A stretch of 64,000 nucleotides of DNA, from contig AP026124.1 of the NCBI GenBank assembly GCA_030295235.1, positions 1,426,001 through 1,490,000 on the forward strand, written 5' to 3'. The notes beneath the pieces were generated by a model. That model saw only the letters and a list, made by a program, of their open reading frames with translations, did no database searches and was not told the DNA's origin. Within the stretch, counting starts at the first letter, position 1. Every line of letters begins with the position of its first letter. Both the position numbers and the translations under genes were made by a program. This document shows, piece by piece, positions 26,001 to 39,193 of the stretch. Source of the DNA: Fistulifera solaris (Eukaryota).

Positions 26001-27515
26001 CCATAATTCGTGTAAAGAGTTTTGAAGAGGGGTACCCGTCAGAAGAATGCGATGTCGTGTCTCAAACATTCTCACAGTTTTTGAGAAGGCCGATGCTTCA
26101 TTCTTTAATCTATGGGCCTCATCGATAATCAGGTAGCACCAAGCGAATTTACCTAGTGTCGTTTTTTCAATATTGCAGACTTCGTATGTAGTGACACAAA
26201 CGTTCCATTCCCTATTCTCGTCTCTCTGGGCAGGTTCTAAATGGGTCTTAATAATGTCCTCTCGTGTCGCTTTGTCTCCGTGAAACCGAATAGCCGTCAA
26301 TGTAGGAGCCCATTTTTGAGCTCGTTCATCCAATTGCTGAGCGTGCTCTTTGGCACGACAATCAAATGGGGCCCAGTCACCAGCTGGCATTCCAGCATGT
26401 AAACAAGAATGGATATCGATTGCAGGGTCTTACCAAGTCCCATTTCTGCCACAAAGCCGATTGCGTCAGAACGATGGCTAATGAAGACCAACAAATGGCA
26501 GCGGATACGTACCGTCTGCAAGAATTCCGTTTACTCCATTTTCCTGTAATCGAATCATCCAGTTTAAGCCTTCAAGTTGATAGGGTCTCATCTTTCCGTG
26601 TCCTAACGTAACGGGTTGGGCTGTTAAACGGGTCGCTTCATGCTCATCTGCCTCTTCTAAAGCATCTGCTGCGTCTTTTCCTTCTCCATCGTCATCACCA
26701 ACAATTATTCGCCGTGTAGTCGTTTCGCCCTCTCTCCGGTCTATCCTCTTAATACCGTACTTAGCAGTGTCTTCTTTGACACGTCCAAAATGAGAAAAGA
26801 TATTTCCGCCCTGCTGCAAGAGGTATTCCAGCCGCTTTTTAGCTTGTGCCGATCGTTCTTTTCGAAGAACATCTTGTCGACCAATAATGTATTCTTCTTT
26901 ATCTTGCTTTTCTTGCTTAAGTTTGGCACGATACTCCAGTTGTTTCTGCGTAGCTTCCCGACTGCGTGGCGGCTGCGATTTTTAGCCTTCTTTACTTTCT
27001 TTTTACCACTTCCATCATCGTCGCCATCGTCGTCTGACGACGACTCGTCACTCGCATTCCAAGATGCCTCCGAAGAATCCTCCGAGTCTCTATCTTGCCG
27101 ATCCCCCGACTTTCGTTTTCGTTTCTCTTCTCTCCTTTGCTTTTTTATCGAGTCGCCCTCGTGTCAGTCGTTTCCCTGAATCGTCTATTAGAAGCTCATT
27201 TCTTCCTTGCAACAACTTGTCACGACGTTCCAAAGCCGCCACATCGGCCGCATGAGACTCTTGCGCAAAGCGTGCGACATCCTCACGATGTAAAGCTTCG
27301 TAATACTCCTTCTTCTTGTCCGAAAGATTGTTCCATTTCTCTTTGACGATTCTTCCATACTCTGCAATATCCACTTTGCCGTATTCGTCACGAATTTGTT
27401 GAGCGACATCTTTCTGAAAGAAATGATAAGCCGAAGTTGCTTTCCGAATTTCGTTTGCCGGCGGAGCAAACTCGGGCTGAACCGCCACCCAATCCGAGCG
27501 ATCCTCTTTGGGCAT
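23031..27515 (-). CDS. ISWI: ISWI-family SNF2 chromatin remodeller with N- and C-terminal HMG boxes
   Basis: [87 protein letters not shown] region ([19 protein letters not shown]). HMG boxes at 27090-27515 and about 23140-23350. Several introns and homopolymer frameshifts. Confidence 0.88.
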
Positions 27516-27995
27516 GATTTAGGAAGTAGATGAAGATGAAATGAGCAACTACTTGCACATGAGGAGAGTCGTTCCTTCTTGACTGCGATGTGAACGAGCG
27601 TTATGTTGCCGTCGTTTCGTCAAGGGTTGGATTTTTTGTGCCCCAGTGCCATTCAGTATGGTTATTACTGTACAAAGACGAAGTGCGTGCAGCCGGGTGC
27701 ATTTTTTCGAAGTCATGGATGGTGTTGGCGTTTTGTACTTAAAATATTTTAATCGAGACTATAGCCTTTAACCTACTGATAACATCTTCTCCGGTACTAC
27801 TTTGTAATACTACAAAGCGTCTTTGTCCTTGCCGCCGACCGTCGATTGCCGAACACTTTCTCCGCCGTACTTTTTTTTGCCGTGTCGGGTATTTTTCTTT
27901 CTGTCATTGTTGTTGTCATTCATTGCGATGATCGAACGCATTAAGTGGGTTCTTTCCCAAAGAATGCCGCTGTTTCGATAAGAAAGATTTTCCAA

Positions 27996-29217
27996 ATGAA
28001 CGGCGTTTCACCAAGTCGCGAAAAGGTTTCACCCGAGGCTCCTTACTTCTTTGTAACAGCCTCGGGCGCTCAAGCCATCCGTAAATTTCAATACTCGGGG
28101 CAAGACAATTCACTGCTCTACAAGTATATTTTATCCCCACTGGCTCAATATTTCGTAGACAACTGGACTCCTCGAACGGTGGCTCCTAACACAATCACCG
28201 TTCTCGGTCTTGTCCTCATGTTTCTGTCCTACGCGATTCAATACTGCTTCGCACCCACCATGGTCGCGACGCCGGAAACACCGGGATGGATACACTTGTT
28301 TCACGGAATTGCGATGCTTATTTATCAGACACTCGATAATATGGACGGAAAACAAGCCCGACGTACTTCCTCGAGTAGTCCAGTGGGGCAACTGGTCGAT
28401 CACGGATGTGATTCCATCAATAGCATGTTCGGCTCGGCCGGATGGATCCTCGGAATGGCATTGATACCAAGTGATGATAAGCTCGTCAGTTGGATGGTCG
28501 TCTTTATTCCTTTAGCTATCTTCTTCAGCACGACGATGGAAGAGTACTTTACGGGGAAGTTTACGCCTGCCGGCGTTCAATGGTCCCAACGAGGGACTGC
28601 TCGGTGGAGCTCTGCTGAGCTTCTCGGCTTGGTATTTGGGGCCACACACTTGGCAACAACGACAAGCGTGGACTGCCAATCTCTTTTCATGGTATCATCC
28701 AAAAGGCTTACGGCTACTGGAATTACTGTTTCTGGTCGGTGCACCTGTATTTCTGCTCGAGATCGTTCGCACGAACGTTCGCCTTTGTCAACAATACGGA
28801 ACGCGGAGAGTGTTACAGGTATTCTCTCCATTTCTTTGTTTAGCATCTTGTACTCTGGTGATTGGCTTTATCGATTGCGACGTATTTTTGCGCGTTCCTC
28901 GAACATTGCTGCACTTGATATGTGCCCTCTTTGTTGAGATGACGACCCATCTCATGTTCTCGCACATGACCAAGCAGCCTTATTACGGCTTTCGGTGGAC
29001 CCTATTACCACTGCTGTTCTTGACTACCGCTGTGGGAACGGGGAAAATGCAAGCCAGTGCGTCGACTGATCTTTTCCTGTTCGCTTACGCTGCAGCGGCA
29101 ATCACCTGGACGGTTACCAAGATTGCCGTTGTTCTACACGAATTTTGCTACATTTTGCAAATCTGGTGTTTTGACATCACAACACCGCGAATAACGAGCG
29201 ACACAAAACAATCTTAA
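27996..29217 (+). CDS. Choline/ethanolamine phosphotransferase (CDP-alcohol phosphatidyltransferase)
   Basis: FQYSGQDNSLLYKY, APNTIT and YQTLDNMDGKQARRTSSSSPVGQLVDHGCD signature. Frameshift near 28560 into the frame of ORF 28636..29217. Confidence 0.9.
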
Positions 29218-29322
29218 TCTTAAAAATTATAACTTTTTACGTTCTTACTTCTAGAAAAATATTCTGACTCTGGAGATCTCTTTATAGTTTGTTGTCATCT
29301 ACCTTCAAAAGGCATTGCAAAA

Positions 29323-30914
29323 TCAGGTCATAGTGACCATTTTCCCTGTGTACACGTCCATTTTCTGGACAGCTTGCGATCTGCGCTCCATTTCGTCGAA
29401 ATCAATGTGAGACGGTCGTTTCGTCATGGCTCCTGTCCCATCATCGTGTCCTTCCAGTTTGTCATGGGGTGCAATTCCTGCCAACCGAAGAATAGTCTTT
29501 AAGATGTACGTTGTCTCCTGAGGGTTAATGATCCAGATGCAAGGACTGACATCTCGGGCTGCGTAATCGTTTCCCGTGTTGAGGAACTGATCTCCAATGT
29601 GCAAGCTGCGTTCGGGAGTGATTCCCAAATACGACTGCAAAATTTGCACTCCAACTCGTTTGTTGCCGACATCGACCCAAGCATCCGTGCCACCATTAAA
29701 CGCACAATAGGGTAATCCGGGACCTTCTCCATTCCGCATTTTCCTAAGCGCTTCGTGCGATCGCAAAACCGTTTCGTCCAGGCTTTCTCGAGAAATTTCC
29801 GTCTGCTTTCCTGGTTCGAGTGGCACCAATCCGACGGATCGCTTCTTTCGAATGGCACGGGCTTTTAGATTCAACTCGGATATAGTATATTCAACGGTCG
29901 CGAAGGCTGAATCTAGCAAGTTCGAGATATCTTGCTCACTCCAATTTGCCGGAGAATCCTTTAAGGATTGCGTCGCGGTTAGCCATCCGTTGGGACCCTG
30001 CTCTGGGACAGGAACCAAGCGATAGTCCGGACCCAATCGAAGCAAGTAGTTGCATTCCCCACCAAACAAGTAAAAGCGACTGCACTCTTCAGGAGTGAGC
30101 TGCTTGTTTTCAAAATACCGAAGCAATCCGGAGATGCGGTATTCGTACTTTTCGACGTTGTACTCGTAACCTGCCGCCGTCACAATCGCGACGGCCACTC
30201 CATGACGGAGTAATGTGTAGAGTTGATGAGCTAATTTTGGGTTGCTTTCAAAGTTGGCCCCGTCTGAATAGAGTGTCTGGTCTCCGTCGAAACTGATGAG
30301 CTGTGGACCGTGGAATGTTCCAATCGGCGCGTTCTTCGCAACCTTGGTATCATTCTGACCGTCTTGACTGCGTTTCTCACTCGATCCCGAAGATTCATCG
30401 TCTTGAATGTCACTGAAAGCCCGCAAAATCTTTCGACGATCCGAAAACGCCATGATCTGAGCCAGATTGAGAATGTGACGCAACTCGTTGAACGAGATTT
30501 GGATGTGTTTCCTTTTGGTGAGTTTGTGTTTGTCATTGTAGGCTTCAAAGGCATCCCGAAGGGGCAAAGGCGTGTGAAATGTTCCAATCGTTGGCACGAG
30601 CTGCTGTAGACGGGACGGTTGCGGACTATCCTGACGCTCTCGGTGCTCGTCGATAAGTGTTTCGAAATGTTCAAAGGTATCAGCCCCGGTCGTTTCGAGT
30701 GAATCCAAAACAAAGGAATGCTGCAACATCGATTTCATCCTGTCGTTGATAGCCGAATAAGTATCGTCGCATGAATGATGTATTAGGAAGCTTTAAAATC
30801 GACCGAATTTCACAAGTCAAGCCAATACAGATCAGAAGACACTTACCATTCGACGAGACCGTCGCGCCTGTGAGGCGTCAAAAGGTAATTGCGTCTTCGG
30901 GACGAGAAAGACAT
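29323..30914 (-). CDS. ISN1: IMP-specific 5'-nucleotidase
   Basis: Exon 1 MSFSSRRRNYLLTPHRRDGLVEW; SFNELRHILNLAQ, SFDGDQTLY, VTAAGY, GGECNYL, AFNGGTDAWVDVGNK, HIGDQF..GND. Confidence 0.93.
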
Positions 30915-31646
30915 CTTTGCACCTTTCGAAGAATCTTCTTCAACACTTAATGCTTCTCTTATAAATTCTATCCAAAATTATACGGATCGTTACGTTGAAA
31001 TGAAGTAGATTGTGTCAACAGGACGTTGTCAATTGGCTTTTTCGACGTCTTCCTTGCAAAAGTTCTTGCCCCCGAGACGAATCTTCTCGGAACTCCAGTG
31101 ACCCGCGCGTTTCAGACCTGTCACTCCGTCACCGCGGATTGAAACACGAATTTCGTGTCGAACACAATGTAGGAAGCGACCAATCTACGTAAAGAGGGCA
31201 CTCCAACTTCATTGCAAAGGAGTTGAAATAACTGCATCGTAATGAAGACAAGTACAGCGTACGAAGCTTTTAGAACGAACCTAGAGAATAAGGTGGCAGT
31301 CTAGCTCATCGAAATATCGTAATGATGACTCGTGACTCGTGACACTCATAACAAAGTGCGAAAAAAGGCAGTCTACAGTTGGGACTATACTCCGTGATGA
31401 ATTCTGAAGACAAGAGACTGAATACCGTATAGAATCACACCGGTAAAAAACCCTCATACCATACATCATCATCAGGCATCCCCAAACATCCAGTCCCGGA
31501 TACCTGCTACGGCAGGAGAGATGTTGGCAACGTGCAACGTGATCGAGGGCGCATTAAATCAGTCGTCTCGAAAGACCACCCTCACTAACAGTAAAACTCA
31601 TTTAACGAAAGATTCTTGCATACCACGCACACTTACAACTATACAC

Positions 31647-33053
31647 ATGTCCACGTGGTCTGTTCAACTAGCCGTTTACGATCTTTCACAGGGCATGGCG
31701 CGTGGCCTTTCCGCTCAATTTCTAGGCCCCGCACACGCCATTGATATAATTCCGCATACGGGCATTGTCGTTTACGGCCGAGAATACTTTTTCGGGGGAG
31801 GCATTCAAAGTGAACCGCCGGATCTATTTCGCAGAAATACAGGATTGCATCCCATTCAAATCATATCGCTGGGAACGACGACTGTAACTCAAGTCGAATT
31901 TGAACGATGGTGTGCTACTATGATGGTATCGGGACAGTACAGTGCGGCTGCTTATGACTTGCTATCTCGAAATTGCAACAATTTTAGTCACGACGCTGCT
32001 TTACAGGGATTGAGATTGTCTACGGGAGTCCCTCAATGGATTTTGGATGTTCCAAGTCGATTTCTTTCGTCACCAATGGGGCAGCTGGTAAGGCCAATGC
32101 TACAAAATATGCAACTGACCAGCGTAGAGGGAGCCCAACCTGTTGGAAATGCAGTATCGAGTGCGACGGCCCCTCCTGCATTTAATCCTTGGGCAAATAT
32201 TTCTCCGCCGACCGAAACGAACGTTTCTCGCCTGCTCGAAACTCCTACTCTCGACGCATTCTCCAAGCCGCTGTTGGCAAATGACAAAAGCACAGTGCCA
32301 TTGTGCATCAAGAAAGTTCGAGCGTGTCTAGGAGAGTCAGAGCAGAATGCTTTAGATAGATTCTACAGCCTATGGACAAATGGCGAGCCAATCGATTCGC
32401 ACCTATCAAAGGATGTTTGCGACTCCATCTGCACTTGCTTCACGGCAGATCCATCGGTTTTATCATTCGCACTCATGTTGTTCCGTATCATTATTCTCAC
32501 GGCAAATGCGGAGGATATTTTGGCTTGCCTAAACTGGATTCGAACAAACCTTGGGTCAATAGAGAGTCCACTTCACACGTCGGTAGCGGCCCGTGCACTG
32601 GCTTGGACTTGTCTTGCTAATTGGATGTCAAAAAGCTCCAAAGAATCATTCGTAGACGAGTTGGTGGATCTGGCTATAGCGGATTTACCACACGCTTCAC
32701 AACCTCGTCCTGAAGTCAGGCAAGCCGCGAGTGCCTTCCTCTTCAACACTGTTTTGATGCGAATACAAGTTGGTGAAAATCTTAATAGCGAGATATCTGA
32801 TGCCGAAGTAACCTTGCTTTGTAGTGCTTTGGAGGGTCTTACAGACGAGCCGGATGCATTGGTCCAGTTACGCCGTCTAATGATTGCTGGGCGCATCCTT
32901 AAGCCTCGAACAGCTGTCCAAACGTCATCCGTTAGTCTGGTGCAAGATCTAGGACTCGTAGAAGCGATAAGAGCCATATCTCTGAAGTCTCCTGAGAGCA
33001 AAATGGACGAGCAGTGTAAAGCGCTGGCTACTGATCTTATACAAATACTATGA
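31647..33053 (+). CDS. PPPDE/DeSI-family isopeptidase with a C-terminal PUL-like helical domain
   Basis: VQLAVYDLSQGMA, HTGIVVYGREYFFGGGI, YDLLSRNCNNFS (His/Cys dyad); EVRQAASAFLFN is PUL-like. Confidence 0.85.
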   Translation: MSTWSVQLAVYDLSQGMARGLSAQFLGPAHAIDIIPHTGIVVYGREYFFGGGIQSEPPDLFRRNTGLHPIQIISLGTTTVTQVEFERWCATMMVSGQYSAAAYDLLSRNCNNFSHDAALQGLRLSTGVPQWILDVPSRFLSSPMGQLVRPMLQNMQLTSVEGAQPVGNAVSSATAPPAFNPWANISPPTETNVSRLLETPTLDAFSKPLLANDKSTVPLCIKKVRACLGESEQNALDRFYSLWTNGEPIDSHLSKDVCDSICTCFTADPSVLSFALMLFRIIILTANAEDILACLNWIRTNLGSIESPLHTSVAARALAWTCLANWMSKSSKESFVDELVDLAIADLPHASQPRPEVRQAASAFLFNTVLMRIQVGENLNSEISDAEVTLLCSALEGLTDEPDALVQLRRLMIAGRILKPRTAVQTSSVSLVQDLGLVEAIRAISLKSPESKMDEQCKALATDLIQIL

Positions 33054-33299
33054 CACGTGAAATAGCGACTGTGTTATACTCGTAAGTCATAAGGAAATGT
33101 TAGATAGCTGTAGTCTCAAAAGTGAGAAAAACGTCATTTATTTGTCATGCCGATTTACTTTTTTGAAAGAGTGGCGCACTTAAGGCCGAAACACAGCAAG
33201 CTCGTTGACATTCGACACTTAAAACGGCTAAAGTATTGAGCTCAAATAATCCAATATTCATTGTACAAGGTACAAGGTGTATGCACTAAATCCGATGAT

Positions 33300-34343
33300 T
33301 CAGTCTTGCCATCTCATATAGTCTGGACTGTTGGCCCAAACAATGACGTTCCCATCGTAGCTGGCTGTTATGACTACAGAATTATTGGAGCTTCTGGGAT
33401 GAACAGCGACTGCACACGTTAGCGTATGTCCAATGAGACTTTGAATACACGTACCATACACCAGATCATACAAGATACATTGGCCATCTTCCGATCCTGT
33501 TATTATTGTCGAATCATCGGCCGAGACGCCGCACATTAGTCCATACTGTCCAGCTGTATGATGCTTGTCGTAGGTGTTGACCAGCTCACCCGAAGTTCAC
33601 CTCCATCAAGTTTAACGGCTCCATCCAAGCACGACACTACCAAAAATTGACCATCGTGCGTCTGTGTCATGCTAGTTATCGGACTAGAGAAATCGTCGCA
33701 CCGCGAAAATCCCTTCCGAAGATCGTACGTTCTTACAACGCCGTCAACACTGGCGGTTCGAATCAATGCTTCATTGTCATCCTGCACAACATGGACATCC
33801 GTCACAGAGTCCTTCGCCTCCTTCAGGATCTGTATTGGTTCGAAACTCCTACTTCGTCCATCCCATATCCGAACAGTTGCATCATAGGACGCCGGATAGA
33901 AAAGTCTCAGAGTCTTTGCTAATTGCAACAGCATTCACGCCGGCCGCTGTGACCTTGTAATCGTCGTTTGGCTTGCTTCGTAACAATGTCAGAAACGACA
34001 ACTGTTTTTTCCCGAAGCTGAAGCTATTATAGATGATTTCTCGTCGATTGCGATGGCCGAAATGGGATGAGTGATACCATCTTCGTACACTTGAATAGGA
34101 AGAGCTCTCGGAATTGCATCGATTGGGATATCATCCCCGCCGGCCCACGGACGCTGGAGGAAAAGCAGGATCCAGTCGACTGGGGTTCCATAAACGAACC
34201 GTTCGATCAACTCCCCCGGTCAAACAGTATTTTCCATCGTCTGGAACGAGAATGTAAGAGCCTGTATGTGAACAAACAACAAATTCGACGAGGAGTCAAC
34301 TATGACCTCAGATCAAAGTGAAGGAATTTCTGGGCATCATCAT
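33300..34343 (-). CDS. WDR83: WD-repeat protein 83 (MORG1)-like
   Basis: SYDATVRIWDGRSRSFEPIQILKEAKDSVT, ASVDGVVRTYDLRKG, TGSEDG. Split by several frameshifts. Confidence 0.75.
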
Positions 34344-35100
34344 TTGTATTGCACATGCAGATATGATAAAATAAGAAACGTTTGCATCATTGGTTTTGTT
34401 GTTTGAACAGAGAACTGAATGAATACTGGAAAATAAAATAAATAGTAAACGTACTTGTGAAGCAAATGGTTTGCGCAGGGCCTTCATGTCCTACTAGCCG
34501 CGAGACCGGGCATGATGGATACTTCGCCGGCGCATTTGGATTCAATACTCTCATTTACATCCCCTCTTCTTGCTTCTTGCTTCATCGAAGTGTCTAATCA
34601 ATGGAAGGTCGCGCTCGCTGACTTATCATTTTATACTCTGCGCACTCTGCGGTTACTCCGTACGGAGTATTATTTTGGGAGACTTGAGTCCTGGTTATCC
34701 GGGACTGTAACGCTAAAATTACTCCGTACTACGTGTGTGTTTGGAACCAGAGAAGTCAGCCAACTAAAACGTACACAAGAAGTAATTATAATTCTTTTCT
34801 AAACTCAAAATCTATTAATTACTAGCTGTGCCGTGAAACTATGAAAATACTGAAGAAAAGGATGCAAAACTCGATCGCGAAAGCATACATGCACATGCGA
34901 GTACAAAGTTACTTGTGGGGGTAGTTTGTGAGGGCAGCTTGCTGATTTGCTCGTTCCAGCTCCTTCTTTCGGAAGTAAAGCAACATCTCTATGTTCTCCT
35001 TTGCCAACGTACGAAGTTGTTGCGTGCCCATGACAAATTTAGCCGAAGTTAACTATCATCATTACATTAAGATGAGCTTTCATCAACTATTGCATGCTTA

Positions 35101-37400
35101 TCAATTCAATTGGAAATGTAGGTGCTTGCTTCCCAAATACTTGTTCATAAGCAAGTCGTCTAGGTATGTCATCAAAGGGATCTCTTTACGGGCTCGTCTC
35201 AAGTCATCCAAGCCCTTTTGTACTGTTTGTTTGGCGTCACGGTAAACTTTCTCGCAAGCGTCTCTGTCGTTAGGATCTAACTCACGGGTGTCAATCGGTT
35301 TCCCAAAGATAAAATAGTTCCGTTTTGGAAAAGCCGGTGTAAATATGGGAAACCCCATATTTTCTTCCCCCTTTGACCATCGTACCTAGCAGCTGTCACG
35401 TTCAATGATCCTTCTCTCAGTCTTTCCCCAATAAACGGCAGGTTGAAGGATTCCTCCACTTCCAGTATGCCATTTACACTATCCACCATACCGATTGCAC
35501 TAAAGGGTATAATTGTTGCATTGAAACGGGCGGCAGTTCGTACAAAATCCACCTTTTCGGGCCACTTCAAAGCATAATCTTTGCTGATCGAGAGCGCCTC
35601 TTTGCACCGCCAGGAAACAACATGGTCGGTTGACCGGATTGCAGAAGTCGATAAAAGTTACGAGGAGTCACCGGTACTGCACCAAATGCTTGAAAATTAC
35701 GCGCAAAGTTGTCCGATTCCTTAATACCGGCGGTACGGCCTTTCAGCTCATTGAATGGTCCGAATCCCACAGCTACAGGATGGGCCAAACCCCGTGGAAT
35801 CTTATTCTTTTCTTTGAGCATTTGAGCAAATATTAAATTCAAATCCAAAGCGACTTAATGCGAAAGGAAATGCGGTTTTTCAGAAACAACTTCAAGATTG
35901 ATCTAGTTGCAACGCTGATCGGATTTACTTACAAAATTGATGGTTACCGACGAACAAAACGGGACCGTCCATGTCGATCTTGGACAAGCCCCTCCATCGA
36001 TTTCCATCGGTATCAGTACTGAAGAAAACAGGACTGTGCGCTCTTTCGAGAGGTCGAACAGTACTCGCTAGGACCTCTTCCAATTCTTTTCAGTTGGCAT
36101 AGTCCAATCGAGAATGGGGTCGTAGGGTTTCTTTCCCTTATGCTTGAAAGGATCAATTTTTGAGTACAAAATGGCTTCCGTCAAATTTACGCTGTCATCC
36201 AAAACAAAGTGACCGCGATTTTTAACAAGTAACTTCTCCGAATGAGGAATCAATTTCAGTAACCTGTCACATTCCGTTGCAGAAGGTACGAGTGCATCTT
36301 CTTTCCCAGCAACGACTAAAGTGGGAACATTGATTTGTTCCAAGCGAACAGCTGCCGTCCCCGGTAACAACCAACGCGTGACACGATGCTCGAGCAGCGA
36401 TGCTGGCAGACGCTCTTCTGTCACCGTAATGAAATGCTGCGCGGTCTCAAGTATATGTTGAAGTAAGGCCGGGCTCGGTTGACGCAATGATGGCAGACTG
36501 ACTATAGTATCCAGAATCCGTTGTTGCTGCTGTCGATCTGGAATCGTTAGCCCAAGAATGAAACTTCCCAGTAGCCCATAAGGTGTAATGCCATCAGTTA
36601 ACTCATTTTTTGGCAAAGAAGCCAACAGCGGCACCAAAGTGTCCCACCATGTTTGGTCAAATGAGGTTGCCGGGTTGACGAGAACAAGACCATCGAGTAA
36701 TTCCACTTTCCGCAAGCGAATGGCTACCGCAGACGCCATCAATCCTCCACAACTTTCTCCAATCAAAATCACTTTGCGTTCAGGTGTTGAAGTTTCCTTT
36801 ATAAATAAAGCAACAGCGTCCACAACCTCTAGAAAAGTCGAAGTGTCATTCGGACTGACCACGAGTCTCCACGTTTCGAAAGTTCTGGCCAAGTCATCAA
36901 ATTGAGAAACCGCTGAAATTCCGTATCCGTCCAAGCCTGGTAAATAGACTGCAAGTGGTTTGTTGCTGCTATCCAGACTATTGAGGTGCGAGGAGTCTCG
37001 CCAAGTTCCATCAGAGGACGGAGGAGCGATGTAGTCGAAGCGAAGTGTCGGTGTAATTTCCGTAGAAAGAGCCGACGGTCTCTCTAAATCCCGATACACT
37101 TGTTGAAACGAGTCAACGAGATCTTGTAAAGTTTGTGGTTGAGGGGGACACAAGAGCATGTGCCACATGCAGAGTCACGACGAACAGTGCGCTTAGGAAC
37201 GTTGACAGAGAATTTATTTTCTTCATTTGTTCGTTTGGCCTTTTTGAAGCTTGAGAAAAAGATGCTTGTGAGCGAATCCCTCTTTGGAAAGTAGCTTTCG
37301 AATAACTGATCAGACCTGGGGCTTATATTATCCGGAGATGATAATAAGAACGTTGACAACAACAATAGAAAGCGTTCGCGATCGGTATCGCAACAACATT
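35101..37400 (-). CDS. Phytyl ester synthase-like protein (alpha/beta hydrolase + DGAT2-type acyltransferase); start approximate
   Basis: YLPGLDGYG, LIGESCGG, LVLVNPATSF, GH(F)VL; VLFVGNHQ, RGLAHP, FGAVPVTPRNFYRLL, LFPGG, FVRTAARFNATIIPF, YFIFGKPIDT. Confidence 0.85.
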
Positions 37401-37646
37401 TTCGTTGTAGCGAATGAGTCATAATCGTGACTCAAAAGGAACTCGTGACCCCGACAGCTTCGTTGCTGGTCCGCGTCTGTCCGTTCTTCGAGTGCCCAGC
37501 ACCAACCGAAAAATTTTGGAGATGAAGAATAGTCCTAAAACAACAAATATCCATTTCCATCGTTGCAAAATTCAAAGTGAACAAACAACCTTGTGCTTAG
37601 CAATCTTCTCTCTTGTTTTTCCTCATTTCCGGATAGCAGATTGATC

Positions 37647-38177
37647 ATGTGGAAGCCCGGTTCCTCCAAGCCAAGGATCGCAGACGGCATCGATCCTCTA
37701 CAAGCCACAAAATCGACCCCAGCTTTGAAAGAACAAGTGGACACCACTAGTTCGACTCAACAAAAGACACGGCAGTTATCTGGCTTAACTATGAATATGA
37801 AATTTATGAAACGGAAGATAGACGAGCAAGAGAATCATCGACGACATAGTCATGACGGTGTGATACACCGACAATCGGATCCAGAGGAAACGATATCTTC
37901 TCTTTCGACGGAACCGTATCGGATGGCAACATCGACAGACATGTACTGCTACAACAATCTACTTGGAAGACGATCGTTCGGTAACTTCAATAAATTCATG
38001 GAATCAGCGTGGACGGCTTGCTATGAGCAATCGAAACAGAGTAACAGTCGGCACTCAGCTACCGATGAAGAGCTACTGCAGCGTTACAAAGACTTTGGTA
38101 GGAGGAAAGCTGTCGGTAACGACATTGATGATAGACCCGTAAAGCGGAGCAAACGGAGAGCCAAGCAGTCGCTTTAA
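37647..38177 (+). CDS. MPP6: M-phase phosphoprotein 6-like exosome cofactor
   Basis: LSGLTMNMKFMKRK and GRRSFGNFNK correspond to the two conserved MPP6 blocks; basic C-terminus. Confidence 0.65.
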   Translation: MWKPGSSKPRIADGIDPLQATKSTPALKEQVDTTSSTQQKTRQLSGLTMNMKFMKRKIDEQENHRRHSHDGVIHRQSDPEETISSLSTEPYRMATSTDMYCYNNLLGRRSFGNFNKFMESAWTACYEQSKQSNSRHSATDEELLQRYKDFGRRKAVGNDIDDRPVKRSKRRAKQSL

Positions 38178-38276
38178 GCATATAAAAGCTATGTTTGTGA
38201 CGCTGTCTTAAATTATGAAATGTTAAGTCTATTCGTTCGTTGTCAAAATTGCAAAAGAAAAGCGACACCATCAGGA

Positions 38277-38795
38277 CTACAGGTCGTCATACCGGGCAAT
38301 CAGACCGATCTGACGCAACTTCTCTAATGTCATATCCATATCACCATCGTGATGAACGAATATGCCGCCGGCGGCTTCCCATTTCTCACGGAGACATAAG
38401 CGATCGTCAATGAGTACAGCATTCGGACCGCTCTCGTACTGTTTGTTATCGGACCAACATGTGATGACGTTACACTTGTCTGTGGAAACTTTTCTGCCAT
38501 TCATGTTCAAATGAGTGCGAAAATGGCCAGCCATATCAATGTGATTCACTTGCACCCCCAACTCGCGCTCGCACCAGCGCAATTTCTCCACGCGTGACGA
38601 AGGATGATTGGGTACTCCGGTCAAAATGTCTGGCTGCAAATGCCGAATGGCACTCCAGAGGCGCTTTCCCTCGCGTGTCCATGGTAGCCGTTCAAAAAAC
38701 GCATCGGCTTCTTTGACTTTTTGCCACATCGTTGTGCCATAGCCTTGATAAAATTCTTTAGATTTTCCTTGACAAACTCCTGTATTTCGGATGCA
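38277..38795 (-). CDS. HAD-superfamily 5'(3')-nucleotidase-like protein, N-terminus not found
   Basis: FFERLPWTREGKRLW, PDILTG, KLRWC..ELG, VLIDDR..LREKWEAAGGIFVHH. No DxD motif I seen upstream. Confidence 0.6.
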   Translation of the reverse strand, partial: CIRNTGVCQGKSKEFYQGYGTTMWQKVKEADAFFERLPWTREGKRLWSAIRHLQPDILTGVPNHPSSRVEKLRWCERELGVQVNHIDMAGHFRTHLNMNGRKVSTDKCNVITCWSDNKQYESGPNAVLIDDRLCLREKWEAAGGIFVHHDGDMDMTLEKLRQIGLIARYDDL

Positions 38796-39153
38796 ATAAG
38801 AATGAATAGAGGAAAGAAGCCTCGGGCAGTCATGGCCGGGAGAAAAAATAAGGCAACAGAGAGGGTAGACAAAGAATGATCTGTGCGAGCTCGCCGAACT
38901 TAGTCAAATGTCTGCAAAAGTCAAGTTGATTATCTTCTCCTTTCGCCTCTTTAATGAGTAGCTATTCGATCGTTTGTCAATGCAGTTTAAAGTGTATTCA
39001 CATCACTACCAGAGTCATTTCAGTCGTGATTTTCTTGATGGTTGCGTTGAGATGACGACGAGCATTCCAACGACATCATCAAATAAATAATAATAAATGC
39101 GCCGGCTTTTTTTTTCTCTTTTAGGAAATTTGACGTCATCCAGTGTCTCAAGG

Positions 39154-39193
39154 CTCGCCAGAGAGCTGTACTACTCGCCAGAGAGCTGTACTA
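39154..39193. repeat. Perfect 20 bp tandem duplication, followed by TACGTAG micro-repeats
   Basis: CTCGCCAGAGAGCTGTACTA x2, then CGTAGTACGTAGCTACGTAGC. Confidence 0.85.
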
